Positions 31,990 through 42,894 of a stretch of 64,000 bases of DNA are shown piece after piece. The DNA is from Candidatus Thorarchaeota archaeon (GTDB lineage: Archaea > Asgardarchaeota > Thorarchaeia > Thorarchaeales > Thorarchaeaceae). The stretch spans positions 852,089 to 916,088 of the forward strand of contig CAVSBO010000003.1 in assembly GCA_963726195.1 (NCBI GenBank), given 5' to 3'. Within the stretch, counting starts at the first letter, position 1. Each line of letters opens with the position of its first letter. The notes under the pieces were generated by a model. It saw nothing but the letters and a program-made list of their open reading frames with translations. It did no database searches and was not told the DNA's origin. The translations under genes were made by a program, and so were the position numbers.

Positions 31990-34221
31990 CTAGTCAAGAG
32001 CTTTCGAAGACACAACTGTGGCAATCTGAAGTGCAGGAACTGGACTCCCGGCAGCAATGAAGCTGTCTGTCCAGCTAGGCAGTCCGGGTGCGCCACCATT
32101 GCTGAGCATGCTTTGCCAAGCCTCATCTGTGAGCCTATCGCTCGCGGGCTGAATGAACTCATAGTAAGAGAATACACCACCGCGGGCCAGGAATACTTGG
32201 CCATCTGAAGGAATAGCGACGTAGATGAACATCGGGTTGCCGACCGCCTCTTCGAGAACCGTCATTGTGTTTGGATCTGTATGTACATCGGCTATGAGAG
32301 CCATCGAGCGGTCGGTGCTAGATGTGTATTGTGTATTCTCCGGAATCTGAGTGACGTTCTGTAGAATTAGATATGACGACCGTATCAGGCTGATTTCCGT
32401 GTCATTCAGGACCTGCCCTGTGAGCTCTTTGACCGAGATTGACTTCAGTCCTAGAAGGAAGTCTAGCAGCGTCTCAAGCTTCTGTTCAATATCCTTCGAA
32501 AGCAAGTCCCGGCTCGTGAGACCGGCAATCATCATCGTGCATAAGGAGGCCAGCCTTGCATAGACTGCGGGTACTGGCTCGACATATCCTGCTTCTGGAC
32601 TCTCCGGTGGTATTCCGGTATTCCTGGTACCCGATTGCTTGGCATAGAGTATGGTATCATGGCGTAGTTCTGTCCAAGAGCCGAGTGCTGTGTTCAGTTG
32701 CTTGTCTGTCCAAGCGTCATTGTTCATGAAGAGAGGATATCCAGCTTCTGTTGAGCTAAGAAGGGGTAACAAGGAGTAGAGCCACAAGTAGTACAGATTG
32801 TGCGTCCACTCCTGTACAGACATGTTGCCAATCAATTCTCGGAGCATATCCATTTGCTCAACGTACCTGTAGTACCCCTTTTGATTGTCGAGATACTTCC
32901 ATGCCACATCTGAACCCAGCGCCGCCATCACGTCAAGCCCCTTTGGCATGAGGCGAGGGTTACTATCGGTGCCGACATTGGTATAGACGAGTTGGCCCAG
33001 AATGTAGCTGTCTGGAATGTATCTTTGGCCCATGAATCGCATACCCATAGTCGCATTCATGTCTTCCCCAGAGCCATAGGGCGTTCCAAGAATCAGCGGA
33101 CTACGCAAGCCGCGAGCAGCATCTATGAATTGTCCCAGCAGGGTGTCATTATCCAACTCCGGAAGCGTAACGGCGGGTCCATAGATACTCTTGGTCAACT
33201 CAAGATAGTCGGTTGGTAACAGGTCGTCGGCCGACCCGACAAAGAAGACCGTAGGCTGATAGATTGCATCCCAGACTTGGTATCCGCTCAAAGAATCGGC
33301 GAGACTTCTTATCTGGTTCGTCAGTGCAAGTGATATCAGAATAGCTTGAGGGGTCTGTTCCCAGGCTTGGTCGGCGTTGAGTCTGAAAGAGACACGACCG
33401 TACCACATCATTGCTTTGAAGTACTGGCTTAGAACCGCACTTCGAGTGTAGTGCCCACGAGGTACGTACTGCGAGAAATCCTCGCCATAGCCCATGAACC
33501 ATGCGTTGGATATCCCGGCGTGCGCCTCGATGAGAGACAGCACCTGATTGACCTCAGCAACTACCTCAGAGGGGACGGTGGTCGTGTTGTCAATCAAGCA
33601 CGCTGCCACGGCAAAGTATGCAACGTTTCTGAGAGCAGCATCCTTCCAACGACCTTCTGTGAGAATCTGATACTGTGCATATGAGTCCGTCAGCATGGAT
33701 ATCGTGAGAGCCCGAAGAAGATCCCAGAATGAGTAGACTTCTGCCTGCCTTAGAGCAAGGTCATAGAGAACATGGAAGGCATGGAGAACTGAGTCTGTCG
33801 TAATGAACTGTGGAATCGCCATTTCATGATTAGAGTCCATGATTTCGTATATCTGGCTGTGATAGGATTGAGGCGTGACGACGAACCCGTTCCTTTCAAG
33901 CAACGAGCGTTCGGCAGACGTGAGAGAACAGAACTTGTCCATGTTGACTACGTTCGAGAGACCGGTGCCCAGACTATATGCCGGCGCATTGGGTGTGAAG
34001 CTCTCATCATATGGGACGTAGTCTGCGAATGAATTGGGCACGGAAACATTAATCGTGAAGTACATGCCATTCCTCGCACCGGGTAAGTATGAAAACACAC
34101 CCGAAATCAAACCTAAACCTGCAACGAGGCTGACTGCAATCAGAGAAGCAGATATGCCTCCTGCGAGCATCTTTCGCTTTGTTTGGTTATCAAGTGCTTT
34201 CGCTACAAGCGCCGGAAACAT
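31990..34221 (-). CDS. DUF3160-family exported protein
   Basis: N-terminal TM; EDFSQYVPRGHYT, YFKAMMWYGR, SWTELRHDTILYAKQS, IADVHTD. Confidence 0.85.
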   Translation of the reverse strand: MFPALVAKALDNQTKRKMLAGGISASLIAVSLVAGLGLISGVFSYLPGARNGMYFTINVSVPNSFADYVPYDESFTPNAPAYSLGTGLSNVVNMDKFCSLTSAERSLLERNGFVVTPQSYHSQIYEIMDSNHEMAIPQFITTDSVLHAFHVLYDLALRQAEVYSFWDLLRALTISMLTDSYAQYQILTEGRWKDAALRNVAYFAVAACLIDNTTTVPSEVVAEVNQVLSLIEAHAGISNAWFMGYGEDFSQYVPRGHYTRSAVLSQYFKAMMWYGRVSFRLNADQAWEQTPQAILISLALTNQIRSLADSLSGYQVWDAIYQPTVFFVGSADDLLPTDYLELTKSIYGPAVTLPELDNDTLLGQFIDAARGLRSPLILGTPYGSGEDMNATMGMRFMGQRYIPDSYILGQLVYTNVGTDSNPRLMPKGLDVMAALGSDVAWKYLDNQKGYYRYVEQMDMLRELIGNMSVQEWTHNLYYLWLYSLLPLLSSTEAGYPLFMNNDAWTDKQLNTALGSWTELRHDTILYAKQSGTRNTGIPPESPEAGYVEPVPAVYARLASLCTMMIAGLTSRDLLSKDIEQKLETLLDFLLGLKSISVKELTGQVLNDTEISLIRSSYLILQNVTQIPENTQYTSSTDRSMALIADVHTDPNTMTVLEEAVGNPMFIYVAIPSDGQVFLARGGVFSYYEFIQPASDRLTDEAWQSMLSNGGAPGLPSWTDSFIAAGSPVPALQIATVVSSKALD

Positions 34222-34324
34222 GGGTGTGCTATTGAAGTACCTGCAGATAGTACCATGGATTAGGACAGAGTGTCCATGAAGTAGAACAGGGAAGAGATTA
34301 TCTGTAAGGCGCTCGACCGTCGTT

Positions 34325-34792
34325 ATGGTGGTGTGTGTTACGGGAGAAGAAAAAGACGCTCAGGACTTGGAAGCGGAACTCAGAGGAAACACGCTCAGAG
34401 TCTACTGGTACATGTTGCAGCAATCCAAGCCCGTCGGTGTAAGGGAAGTACAGCGTGCTTTGGGCATGTCCAGCCCTTCAGTAGCCAGCCACCATCTCTC
34501 GAAGCTGCTCGATCTTGACCTTATCGCAAAACAGACAGACAACACTTACGAACTCAAGCAAATCGTTAAGGTCGGAACTCTCAGGAACTTCGTTGCTTAC
34601 AGGGGAGTGCTTCTTCCCAGATACGCATTTGTCGCCTTCTTCTTCACTGCCTTCACAATAGCCTATCTTGTCATTGCTGTGTTTGCGCCCGTCAGTACTT
34701 TCGACAGGTATGTTGCTTTGGCGTTGGGGATTGTGGGTGCCCTGTTCGGATGGTTTGAGACATATCGGCTCTGGAGAATAAAACTGGTCTGA
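34325..34792 (+). CDS. ArsR-like HTH regulator with two C-terminal TM helices
   Basis: GVREVQRALGMSSPSVASHHLSKL; hydrophobic C-terminus. Confidence 0.8.
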   Translation: MVVCVTGEEKDAQDLEAELRGNTLRVYWYMLQQSKPVGVREVQRALGMSSPSVASHHLSKLLDLDLIAKQTDNTYELKQIVKVGTLRNFVAYRGVLLPRYAFVAFFFTAFTIAYLVIAVFAPVSTFDRYVALALGIVGALFGWFETYRLWRIKLV

Positions 34793-34900
34793 GAGCTCAG
34801 CAAATAGGAGGTTTGCTCGGTTTACAGACAGTCAATTATGACTGTCATCGATGGCGCAGGCCGAAACCGGTATCAATTGCTACAGGGCGTTGCTTGCCAT

Positions 34901-35389
34901 ATGGTGAAAGTCCTCATAATCTATGACTCAGAGACCGGAAACACAGAGAAGATGGCGAATCTGGTGGCCGCTGGTGCCCGAGAAGTCAAGAATGTGGACG
35001 TGGCAGTCAAGAAGGTGGATCAGGCGAGCAACGAAGACCTGATGGACGTGCATGCTATCATTATGGGCTCACCAACGTACTATGGACAGATGTCAGGGAA
35101 GCTGAAGTCGTTTATAGATGCGAGCGCAGCAATACATGGAAAGCTGAAAGGCAAGGTAGGCGGCGCGTTCACAAGTTCGGGCGGCACAGCTTCAGGTGCT
35201 GAGACCACTCTACTCTCAATCTTGAACGCGATGCTGATACACGGGATGGTGATCGTCGGAAGATCTGACAATAAGCACTACGGTGCTGCTGCCGTGGAAG
35301 AGCCAGAGGACAAGGACATAGACATGTGCAAGGAGTTGGGGAAGAGGATCGCAGAACTCACCGTGAAGATACATGGTGGACGAAGCTGA
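34901..35389 (+). CDS. Flavodoxin / WrbA-like NAD(P)H oxidoreductase
   Basis: YDSETGNTEKMA, GSPTYYG, GGAFTSSGG. Confidence 0.9.
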   Translation: MVKVLIIYDSETGNTEKMANLVAAGAREVKNVDVAVKKVDQASNEDLMDVHAIIMGSPTYYGQMSGKLKSFIDASAAIHGKLKGKVGGAFTSSGGTASGAETTLLSILNAMLIHGMVIVGRSDNKHYGAAAVEEPEDKDIDMCKELGKRIAELTVKIHGGRS

Positions 35390-35473
35390 AATCAGCGGTC
35401 CGTGTTAGGCACCAACAGCTCACGAGCATATGGTCTAGTCGATTCAATCCAGATTGTTGGGTGTTTGCGGCTT

Positions 35474-36175
35474 CTAGTGCGGGGGATGGAGATTTGTCTC
35501 CTTGAACGCAAGTCCCAGCTTTTGGCGATGACCCGTAGCCACGTAGATTGCTCGTTCAGCTATCATCATGGCATGGTCTGCAGCCCTTTCATAGTATCTT
35601 CCAACCAAGATGTAAAACAATGCCATGCGTATGATAGTATTGTCCCGTCTGAGATAGTCGACAATCTCCTCAAACATGTCCTCAGTTTCTTTGTCTGTTA
35701 CTGATTCCAGTTTCTCCAGTTCACCTATTTCGGAAAGGTCTCCGGTGAGGACTGCCTTCATGGCGATATCCAGAGTCTTCTTCGACTGCTGTGCAAGAAA
35801 AGGAAGTGTCACGAGTTCCTTGAAGTGCTGCAGGTGCAACCCGTCAGCCAGCTTCACGATATGAGCAATCTTGGACGCATGTCGGCCTATCCGGTAGAGG
35901 TTACCTGCTACCTGCAAGTAGCCTGCCAGCTTCCGGAGGTCTCCTGCCACCGGCTGCCTTCTTGCTATTGTCTCGATGATGTTCTCTTCTACCTTGTGTG
36001 ATAGCTCCTCGTTCTCGTTTGCCATCTCATCGACTTGAAGCGCGATACTTACATCGATGCTCTCGAATGCTTTCATCGCAAGCAGGAGACCATTCCCGCA
36101 GAGTTCCTGCATCTTTGTTAGTCTCTTTCCGATGTCATCGATGTACTTCTCAAGAAGTGTTCCCATTACTCTCAC
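35474..36175 (-). CDS. phoU: Phosphate transport regulator PhoU
   Basis: QPVAGDLR, YERAADHA; last gene of the pst operon. Confidence 0.92.
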   Translation of the reverse strand: MRVMGTLLEKYIDDIGKRLTKMQELCGNGLLLAMKAFESIDVSIALQVDEMANENEELSHKVEENIIETIARRQPVAGDLRKLAGYLQVAGNLYRIGRHASKIAHIVKLADGLHLQHFKELVTLPFLAQQSKKTLDIAMKAVLTGDLSEIGELEKLESVTDKETEDMFEEIVDYLRRDNTIIRMALFYILVGRYYERAADHAMMIAERAIYVATGHRQKLGLAFKETNLHPPH

Positions 36176-36176
36176 C

Positions 36177-36944
36177 TCATCCTATGCGACCAGTGATGAA
36201 TGCTTCAGTACGTGGGTCAGACGGTGCCTCCGCGATAGAACTAGTCTTATCGAATTCTACTAGCTCTCCCAGATACAGGAAAGCCGCTTGGTCGGACACT
36301 CTGAATGCCTGCTGCACATTGTGCGTTACCATTATTATCGTATAATCCTTCTTCAGCTCTACGATCAGGTTCTCGATCTTGGCGGCGCTTATTGGGTCCA
36401 GAGAGGAAACTGGCTCGTCCATAAGGAGGACTGGCGGGTCGACCGAAAGAGCTCTTGCAATGCAGAGCCTCTGCTGCTGGCCTCCTGAAAGGTTTGGAGC
36501 AGGCTCGTCAAGTTGGTCCTTAACTTCGTCCCATAGAGCAGCTCTTCGGAGGGATTTCTCCACTATCTTGTCTAGCTCGGAATTGTCCTTCACACCGTGT
36601 AACCTTGGTCCATACTTGACGTTGTCGCTGACACTCATCGGGAATGGATTTGGTCGCTGGAAGACCATTCCAATCTTTCGCCGAAGGTCGTAGACGTTGG
36701 CTTGGGGGCCGTAGATATTTTCTCCCTCAAGCAGAACCCTGCCCTTCATCCTGAAGTTGCCAATCATATCGTTGAGTCGGTTGATTGTCCGAAGCAGAGT
36801 ACTCTTTCCACAACCTGATGGACCCATGATAGCGGTCACTTGGTTGTCACTGAAGTGGCATGTGATATTCTTCAGAACCTGCTTTGGCCCGAACCATGTG
36901 GATAGGTCATACACCTCAATCTGATGCGTCCAAGCTGTCATCAT
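36177..36944 (-). CDS. pstB: Phosphate ABC transporter ATPase
   Basis: [33 protein letters not shown]. Confidence 0.95.
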   Translation of the reverse strand: MMTAWTHQIEVYDLSTWFGPKQVLKNITCHFSDNQVTAIMGPSGCGKSTLLRTINRLNDMIGNFRMKGRVLLEGENIYGPQANVYDLRRKIGMVFQRPNPFPMSVSDNVKYGPRLHGVKDNSELDKIVEKSLRRAALWDEVKDQLDEPAPNLSGGQQQRLCIARALSVDPPVLLMDEPVSSLDPISAAKIENLIVELKKDYTIIMVTHNVQQAFRVSDQAAFLYLGELVEFDKTSSIAEAPSDPRTEAFITGRIG

Positions 36945-37909
36945 GCCAGCCTCCTAGTCACCTTTCTCGATAGGTAGTTAGCAATCACATCCACAGCCAA
37001 GACCATGATGAGCAGGGCAAGAGCAGTGGAGTCTGCTTTCACCTGAAGATAAGGCCGTGGGTCTGTGATGTACGCCCAAATCGTAAACGGAAGTGATGCA
37101 ACCCACGAAGCCGGACCCAGAAACGATGAAGGGGTGGTGAGGCTATTGCCGGAGGTGAATATCAGTGGGGCGGTCTCACCCATTACTCTGCCTATGGCCA
37201 GTAGTACTCCAGTCATGATTCCCGGAAACGCTGCCCTTATGGTCACTCGCCAAGTAGTAGTCCACTTCGTGGCACCCAGAGCAAGCGACGCCTCTCGCAA
37301 TGAGACCGGGACCTGCCGCAAGGCCTCCTGAGTCGTCCTCAGGACTGTGGGAATCATCATGAAGGCTAGGGTCAGCCCTCCCGAAACGAGTCCCATTCCC
37401 ACACCCAGGAAAACCACAATGAAAGCGAATCCAAAAGCTCCGAGTACTATTGACGGTATGCCGGCGAGGACATCAGACGCGAACTCGACGATATTGCGTA
37501 TTCTGCCTGGTGGAGAGTATTCGTTAATGTACACTGCGCCGAGTACACTGAGAGGAATGCCAACGCCACCTGCGACAAGAACCAGCAGAATCGTCCCGAC
37601 GAGTGCATTGCGGATTCCTCCTGTAAGACCAGCGCCCGGAAACGTCGTGAAGAAGTCCAGAGTCAGTCCGCCCAATCCCGTAATTGCCAGCTGGATGATG
37701 ATGAGGAAGAATGGCAGAACAACAATCAGCGTCGCTACAGCAAAGATGATCTTCAAGAACAGGTCCTTTGCTTCACGCTTGCTTCTGACCAACAGCTGAG
37801 ACTTCAGCCAGAGCAATAGTCTTCTTCCTCGCCCAATCTGGGGCTCCACAGCTGATGGGGCTGCTTCACTCGTCGCGCCTGTTATCGCAGAATCGGAGCC
37901 GCTCGACAT
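36941..37909 (-). CDS. pstA: Phosphate ABC transporter permease
   Basis: [26 protein letters not shown]. Confidence 0.93.
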   Translation of the reverse strand: MSSGSDSAITGATSEAAPSAVEPQIGRGRRLLLWLKSQLLVRSKREAKDLFLKIIFAVATLIVVLPFFLIIIQLAITGLGGLTLDFFTTFPGAGLTGGIRNALVGTILLVLVAGGVGIPLSVLGAVYINEYSPPGRIRNIVEFASDVLAGIPSIVLGAFGFAFIVVFLGVGMGLVSGGLTLAFMMIPTVLRTTQEALRQVPVSLREASLALGATKWTTTWRVTIRAAFPGIMTGVLLAIGRVMGETAPLIFTSGNSLTTPSSFLGPASWVASLPFTIWAYITDPRPYLQVKADSTALALLIMVLAVDVIANYLSRKVTRRLA

Positions 37910-37920
37910 TCGTTCACATC

Positions 37921-38952
37921 CTATACTAAACCTCTGGTCTTCATTCCCCATTTTACGAACCACTTGGCAATGACTGTGAAAGATACAGACATCAGTAGCA
38001 GGACAAATGCCACTGCGAACAATGCTGACCTCCAGAGTGGATAGACAAAGGCGTAGCCAAGCTGGTTTGTTATTATGCTGGTCATGACATAAGTCGGGTC
38101 TAGGAGCGTGAAAGGTATCTGCAGGGAGTTGCCCGTTACCATGAGCACGGCCATCGTTTCGCCGACCGCTCTTCCCAGGGACAGTACTATCGCCGCCCCT
38201 ATGCCCGGTATGGCTGCAGAGACCACTATCTTCACGGCTGTCTCTGTCTTGGTTGCACCCAGCGCAAGTGATGCCTCACGATACGAACTCGGCACGGACC
38301 GGAGCGCATCGTCCGAAACTGCTACTACCGTGGGCAACAGCATTATGGCCAGTATGGTGCCGCCAGCGAGAACACTGAGACCGTTAGTCGAGCCTTGGAA
38401 CCACGGCATCCACGCGGTCAAAGGATTCGATTGCACTGCAGGTGCAAATGAGTTCTTGATCCAAGGCACCATCACGATGTAAGCCCATAACCCGTACACT
38501 ATGGAAGGTATTGCGGCCATCATCTCTACAATCATGCGCAGAGAGGTTCTGATTCTAGGTGGGCAGAACTCGCTCAGAAACACGGCCGCCCCGATACCCA
38601 AGGGAAGAGCCATCGCGATTGCCAAGAACGTGCACATGAATGATCCGACAATGAACAACCCAATACCGTAGAGGTCTCTGTTCGGGTCCCAAATTGGTTG
38701 TATGACAATCGAAGGCCCTCCTTGAGGGGCCAGAAAAATCGGCGTTGCTTCATACCAGAGAAAGGTTAGAATGAGTATTATCAGAGCAGAACCTACGAAA
38801 GCCGGTATGAGAAGAACGAATTTGCCGACAGCATCCTGTAAAGCGGGGCCTCGCATTCTACTGAGGGCCCGAAGTCTAACTGTGACGTTTGACCCGATTC
38901 GTCCCGGAAATCGGTTTGGAGATGATTCCCCTGATGAATCTTCTGATGCCAT
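37921..38952 (-). CDS. pstC: Phosphate ABC transporter permease
   Basis: AAIPSIVYGLW, GRAVGETMAV. Confidence 0.93.
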   Translation of the reverse strand: MASEDSSGESSPNRFPGRIGSNVTVRLRALSRMRGPALQDAVGKFVLLIPAFVGSALIILILTFLWYEATPIFLAPQGGPSIVIQPIWDPNRDLYGIGLFIVGSFMCTFLAIAMALPLGIGAAVFLSEFCPPRIRTSLRMIVEMMAAIPSIVYGLWAYIVMVPWIKNSFAPAVQSNPLTAWMPWFQGSTNGLSVLAGGTILAIMLLPTVVAVSDDALRSVPSSYREASLALGATKTETAVKIVVSAAIPGIGAAIVLSLGRAVGETMAVLMVTGNSLQIPFTLLDPTYVMTSIITNQLGYAFVYPLWRSALFAVAFVLLLMSVSFTVIAKWFVKWGMKTRGLV

Positions 38953-39036
38953 CGGCCTTTCACCAGTCTGCTGTCCGTGCTCGGAAACATTGTTCGTGTG
39001 TTGAATCCTTTTTGGTCCTGCTAACTTGATGGAAAC

Positions 39037-39069
39037 GAGGGGTGAGCTGGCACCCGCCAGTCCACCTCT
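39037..39069 (-). other. Intercistronic hairpin between pstS and pstC
   Basis: ggtg-ag-ctgg / ccag-tc-cacc stem; typical position for an mRNA-stabilising hairpin. Confidence 0.4.
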
Positions 39070-39082
39070 TGGAGGAGAGAGT

Positions 39083-40129
39083 CTAGGGAGTCGGTTTGAG
39101 CATGCCCACCTCGTTCAGAGAATATGATGCTGCCGCCGTTCCATTGATTGGCACATATCCAACGCCGGATACGTATGCCTGCCCCTGTGCAATCGCCCAG
39201 TCAAGGTACACAATGACATACCAAGGCACATTGTCTACGTTTACCAAGTAGAAGAGGAGCCGAGCTATCGGGTATGCACCCGGAGTGTCGGAATTCATCA
39301 GATTCTGGCCGGGATCAGTCAGTGTGGTTGGAATGGCCTTGAGAGCAGCTGACAAGCTGGGGACCACCCACTGACCATTTCCATAGTTGTAGAGGTCAGC
39401 AGCAGTCAGACCTTCCATGAATGCAAGACCCACATAGCCTATCGCTTTGGAGTCACCCTTTACTCCTGATGCAACAGCAGGATTACCCAGAACCGCGTTG
39501 AACCCTGCTGGCCATGAGATAACCTCCGAGCTTCCGAGCGTCCATGTGAAGTTCGCGTGAGGGTTCGGGTTGCTGCTTGATGTCGATAGCCACTTGCCGA
39601 ATGTCGCGGTCGTTCCACTTGAGTCTGATCTCACGTATACATCAATCGTGCCAGTTGCTGCCACACTAACGTGGAAGGTTGAGGCAAAGTTCTCCCAAGT
39701 TGTGATGTCACCTTGGAAGATAGCCGCAGCCATGTCAGAATCAAGCTTGAAGACAGAGCCATTGACCGAGGGATTGACAACAATAGCAAGTGCATCAGCT
39801 GCTATAGGCAGGATCTTCACATTTGGGTAGTCTCCACGGTATTGAGCAGACGGGTAAGAGCTGGACGCGCCTATGTGTATCAGGCGTTGAGCTACCTGAG
39901 ACTGCCCGAGTCCTGAACCACCTGCTACAACATTGACTACGAAAGCAGGGAAGCCCTCGGAGAACATGCTTGACCATTCTTGGCTCAGTGGATAGACGGT
40001 TGTAGAGCCAGCCGTGGAAATCGTGTATGTGACCGGGGCGCCCGATGGCATCAGCACGAAGACTGCACCGGCACCCACCATGATGCCGATTAGCAGGTAA
40101 ACGCAGAGTGTCGTTGCATTCTTCTTCAT
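39083..40129 (-). CDS. pstS: Phosphate ABC transporter substrate-binding protein
   Basis: AGSTTVYP, GGSGLG, RSDSSGTT, YPIARLLF. Confidence 0.93.
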   Translation of the reverse strand: MKKNATTLCVYLLIGIMVGAGAVFVLMPSGAPVTYTISTAGSTTVYPLSQEWSSMFSEGFPAFVVNVVAGGSGLGQSQVAQRLIHIGASSSYPSAQYRGDYPNVKILPIAADALAIVVNPSVNGSVFKLDSDMAAAIFQGDITTWENFASTFHVSVAATGTIDVYVRSDSSGTTATFGKWLSTSSSNPNPHANFTWTLGSSEVISWPAGFNAVLGNPAVASGVKGDSKAIGYVGLAFMEGLTAADLYNYGNGQWVVPSLSAALKAIPTTLTDPGQNLMNSDTPGAYPIARLLFYLVNVDNVPWYVIVYLDWAIAQGQAYVSGVGYVPINGTAAASYSLNEVGMLKPTP

Positions 40130-40376
40130 GCTCTTGGTTTCCCTTCTTGTCAGACGCCACCATTGACGGCAGCATAAATATGATGCGCATGAGTCTGAAG
40201 TGTCTGCTATTGACGTATCTACTTCATGTGACAGTGCCCATCATAAGAGATGAGAGAGACCACCGTCGGTATGGCGACGGAAGCTCGTGCGCGTCCAGGG
40301 TCGCGCTTGAACTAAGTGCTGCACGCGGATTCCGGATATAGAAGAGATATAAGAACCACGAGTCAGATGCCGCGTC

Positions 40377-41255
40377 GTGTCTAAGACTCTTAGCAAGCAA
40401 TTGAAGAAAAGCATCATCAAGAGCCAGAGACAAGAAATCACTGAACACGTGATTTACAGTAAGCTTGCAGAGTCAACGAAAGACGAGAAGAACCGAAATA
40501 CTCTGAAGGAGCTGGCGGACGATGAACTTGAGCACTATGAAGTCTGGAAGTCCCTGACGAAAAAGGACGTGAAACCGAAGTCCTCTACCATCCGGAAGTT
40601 CATGCTGTATGCCAGACTCTTCGGCCTAACCTTCAGCCTCAAGCTCATGGAACACGGAGAACAGCGTGCACAGAGGTTTTACGCAAGTCTCTCAGAGCAG
40701 GTGCCAGAGGCAGGCGTGATAGTCAACGACGAGACCGAGCATGAGAATGATCTCATTGATATCATAAACGAAGAGAAGCTGAAATACGTCAGTGCAATCG
40801 TCCTCGGTCTCGATGACGCCATCGTCGAATTCACGGGCGCGCTAGCTGGTTTCACATTCGCCCTGCAAGACGCACGGTTGATAGCCATGACAGCCTTGAT
40901 CACAGGCATTGCCGCATCGCTGTCAATGGGATCGTCAGAGTATCTATCAACGAAGTCGGAGGGAGGGGACAAGAGCCCGCGAAAAGCCGCTGCATACACG
41001 GCCATTGCCTATCTAATGACCGTGCTGGCATTGATAGTGCCCTTCTTGATCCTCAAAAGCATCTACATGGCGTTGCTCGTATCTATTCTCAGTGGAATTA
41101 TCATACTCTTCGTTTTTACATTCTACGTATCGGTCGCAAAGAGCCTGTCTTTCAGGAACAGGTTTCTAGAGACCGCTGGGATCAGTTTGGGTGTGGCCGG
41201 CCTCACATTCGTGTTAGGTCTGCTGGTGAGGATGTACTTCGGGATTCAGATCTAA
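40377..41255 (+). CDS. Ferritin/rubrerythrin-like domain fused to VIT1/CCC1 metal transporter
   Basis: DELEH and DETEH di-iron motifs; VLGLDDAIVE, SLSMGSSEYLS. Confidence 0.88.
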   Translation: MSKTLSKQLKKSIIKSQRQEITEHVIYSKLAESTKDEKNRNTLKELADDELEHYEVWKSLTKKDVKPKSSTIRKFMLYARLFGLTFSLKLMEHGEQRAQRFYASLSEQVPEAGVIVNDETEHENDLIDIINEEKLKYVSAIVLGLDDAIVEFTGALAGFTFALQDARLIAMTALITGIAASLSMGSSEYLSTKSEGGDKSPRKAAAYTAIAYLMTVLALIVPFLILKSIYMALLVSILSGIIILFVFTFYVSVAKSLSFRNRFLETAGISLGVAGLTFVLGLLVRMYFGIQI

Positions 41256-41404
41256 GACACCACTCGTCCTTGGACTGAGAAAAGGGCTAATGGACTCGGC
41301 AGGCTCACCAAGTGATTGCACACCACGTACTTCGAGGAATTGACTGATGTCTCAAGACCAACTGCCTGAGGAAGCGGTCCCGAGTCGACGCACCTGTCGA
41401 CACG

Positions 41405-41423
41405 TTTAAATGAATCTAGATTC
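41405..41423 (+). promoter_or_regulatory. TATA box followed by palindrome GAATCTAGATTC (candidate operator)
   Basis: tttaaa-t-GAATCTAGATTC upstream of mrp; near-identical at 42796-42813. Confidence 0.7.
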
Positions 41424-41450
41424 TTTTCGGCTGAAGCCCTCAAAGGACAG

Positions 41451-42290
41451 GTGGAAAGGTCAGTGCCGCAAGGTGCAATTGACAGAGAGAGTATGATACA
41501 GCCCGAAGTGAGAGAGAGGATGAAGCATGTGAAACACAAGATCGTTGTCCTCTCAGGAAAAGGAGGCGTTGGGAAGAGCACTGTGTCAGCGAATCTGGCC
41601 ATGGCTTTCGCAAAGGAAGGAAAACAGGTTGGTGTGCTTGACGTTGACGTATATGGTCCATCTATACCGAAAATCCTAGGGCTTGAGGGTATGCACCCCG
41701 AGGTTTCGGAGAAATCAATCATACCAGTAGAGGGGCCTCTCGGATGCAAAGTGATGAGCATGGGTTTCCTTCTTCGCAACACTGACGATGCAGTAGCATG
41801 GCGTGGTCCTCTCGTGGCGAAGGCCATAACTCAGTTTCTGAGCGATGTGGAGTGGGGTACCCTAGATATGCTCGTTGTCGATTTGCCGCCAGGCACGGGA
41901 GACGAAGTATTGAGCATCCTTCAGTCAATACCGAAAGTGGACGGAACGCTGATTGTGTCGACTCCTCAAGAAGTTGCTGTGCTCGGGGCAAGGAGATCGA
42001 TTCAGCTGACTCAGTTGATGGGCGTCCGAGTGCTGGGGATTGTTGAGAACATGGGTGAGTATGTCTGTCCGAAGTGCGGAGAACGTTACAGGATGATGGG
42101 CGAAGGTGCGGTTGAACGAGCGGCGAGTGACTACGGTGTGCCCTACCTCGGTTCTCTACCGATGGACCCGGCAATCATGGGATTCTCAGATCAAGGTACA
42201 CCTTTCGTCATAGCAGCGCCTGAGTCTGAGGCTAGCAAAGCGTTCATGGAAGTGGCTCACAGAGTATTCGAGCTGATTGGTGAGTCTTAG
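41451..42290 (+). CDS. mrp: Mrp/NBP35/ApbC Fe-S carrier ATPase
   Basis: GKGGVGKST, DVDVYGPS, DLPPGTGD, ENMGEYVCPKC. Confidence 0.93.
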   Translation: MERSVPQGAIDRESMIQPEVRERMKHVKHKIVVLSGKGGVGKSTVSANLAMAFAKEGKQVGVLDVDVYGPSIPKILGLEGMHPEVSEKSIIPVEGPLGCKVMSMGFLLRNTDDAVAWRGPLVAKAITQFLSDVEWGTLDMLVVDLPPGTGDEVLSILQSIPKVDGTLIVSTPQEVAVLGARRSIQLTQLMGVRVLGIVENMGEYVCPKCGERYRMMGEGAVERAASDYGVPYLGSLPMDPAIMGFSDQGTPFVIAAPESEASKAFMEVAHRVFELIGES

Positions 42291-42346
42291 GTCTCTTTAG
42301 TCAGAACAAAGAACATGGTCAATCTTTATGGCCTCATGTCAGTGTT

Positions 42347-42769
42347 GTGATGGATATGCCTCGAAGAAAGATTCACAGACTTGTCGACAGTGAACCGCCG
42401 ATATCCGTCTTCAAGCCAGCGGGTGTGCCAGCAAGAGACCTGGAAGAGACGCTCGTTACCGTCGATGAGTTTGAGGCGCTGAGACTCTCGGATTACGAAG
42501 GGCTGGGCCAGAGAGACGCATGTGAGGCAATGAAGGTCAGTCAGCCTACATTCAACAGGATTCTCAGTTCTGCAAGAAAGAAGGTTTCCACCGCCCTTGT
42601 CAAGGGGTACGTCTTGAGGATCGAGGGGGGCAACTACGTGCTAGGTGACGGCAGCGGAGGCCTTGAATGCAGAGTCTGCGGGCACGTAGTCGAGTCCTCT
42701 TCCGGGGAAACCGCTCCTTGTCCAAAGTGCGGTTCAACCGAGTTCAGGTGGACTCGCAGGCACAGGTAG
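42347..42769 (+). CDS. DUF134-family HTH protein with C-terminal zinc ribbon
   Basis: FKPAGVP...DEFEALRLSDYEGLGQ...MKVSQPTFNRIL...IEGG; CRVC...CPKC. Confidence 0.9.
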   Translation: MMDMPRRKIHRLVDSEPPISVFKPAGVPARDLEETLVTVDEFEALRLSDYEGLGQRDACEAMKVSQPTFNRILSSARKKVSTALVKGYVLRIEGGNYVLGDGSGGLECRVCGHVVESSSGETAPCPKCGSTEFRWTRRHR

Positions 42770-42795
42770 TCGTTCTCGTTCACAGACCAAAAGGG

Positions 42796-42837
42796 TTAAA
42801 TGAATCTGGATTCGTTACTCATTTTGATTCTGGATTC
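42796..42837 (+). promoter_or_regulatory. TATA box plus two copies of the GAATCT(A/G)GATTC-like operator
   Basis: ttaaa-t-GAATCTGGATTC (42802-42813) and GATTCTGGATTC (42826-42837). Confidence 0.7.
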
Positions 42838-42894
42838 AATAGAGTGTAGTAGTCAGTCTGTGCGAATCCGGAAAGATAGAATGGAGAACAAGGC

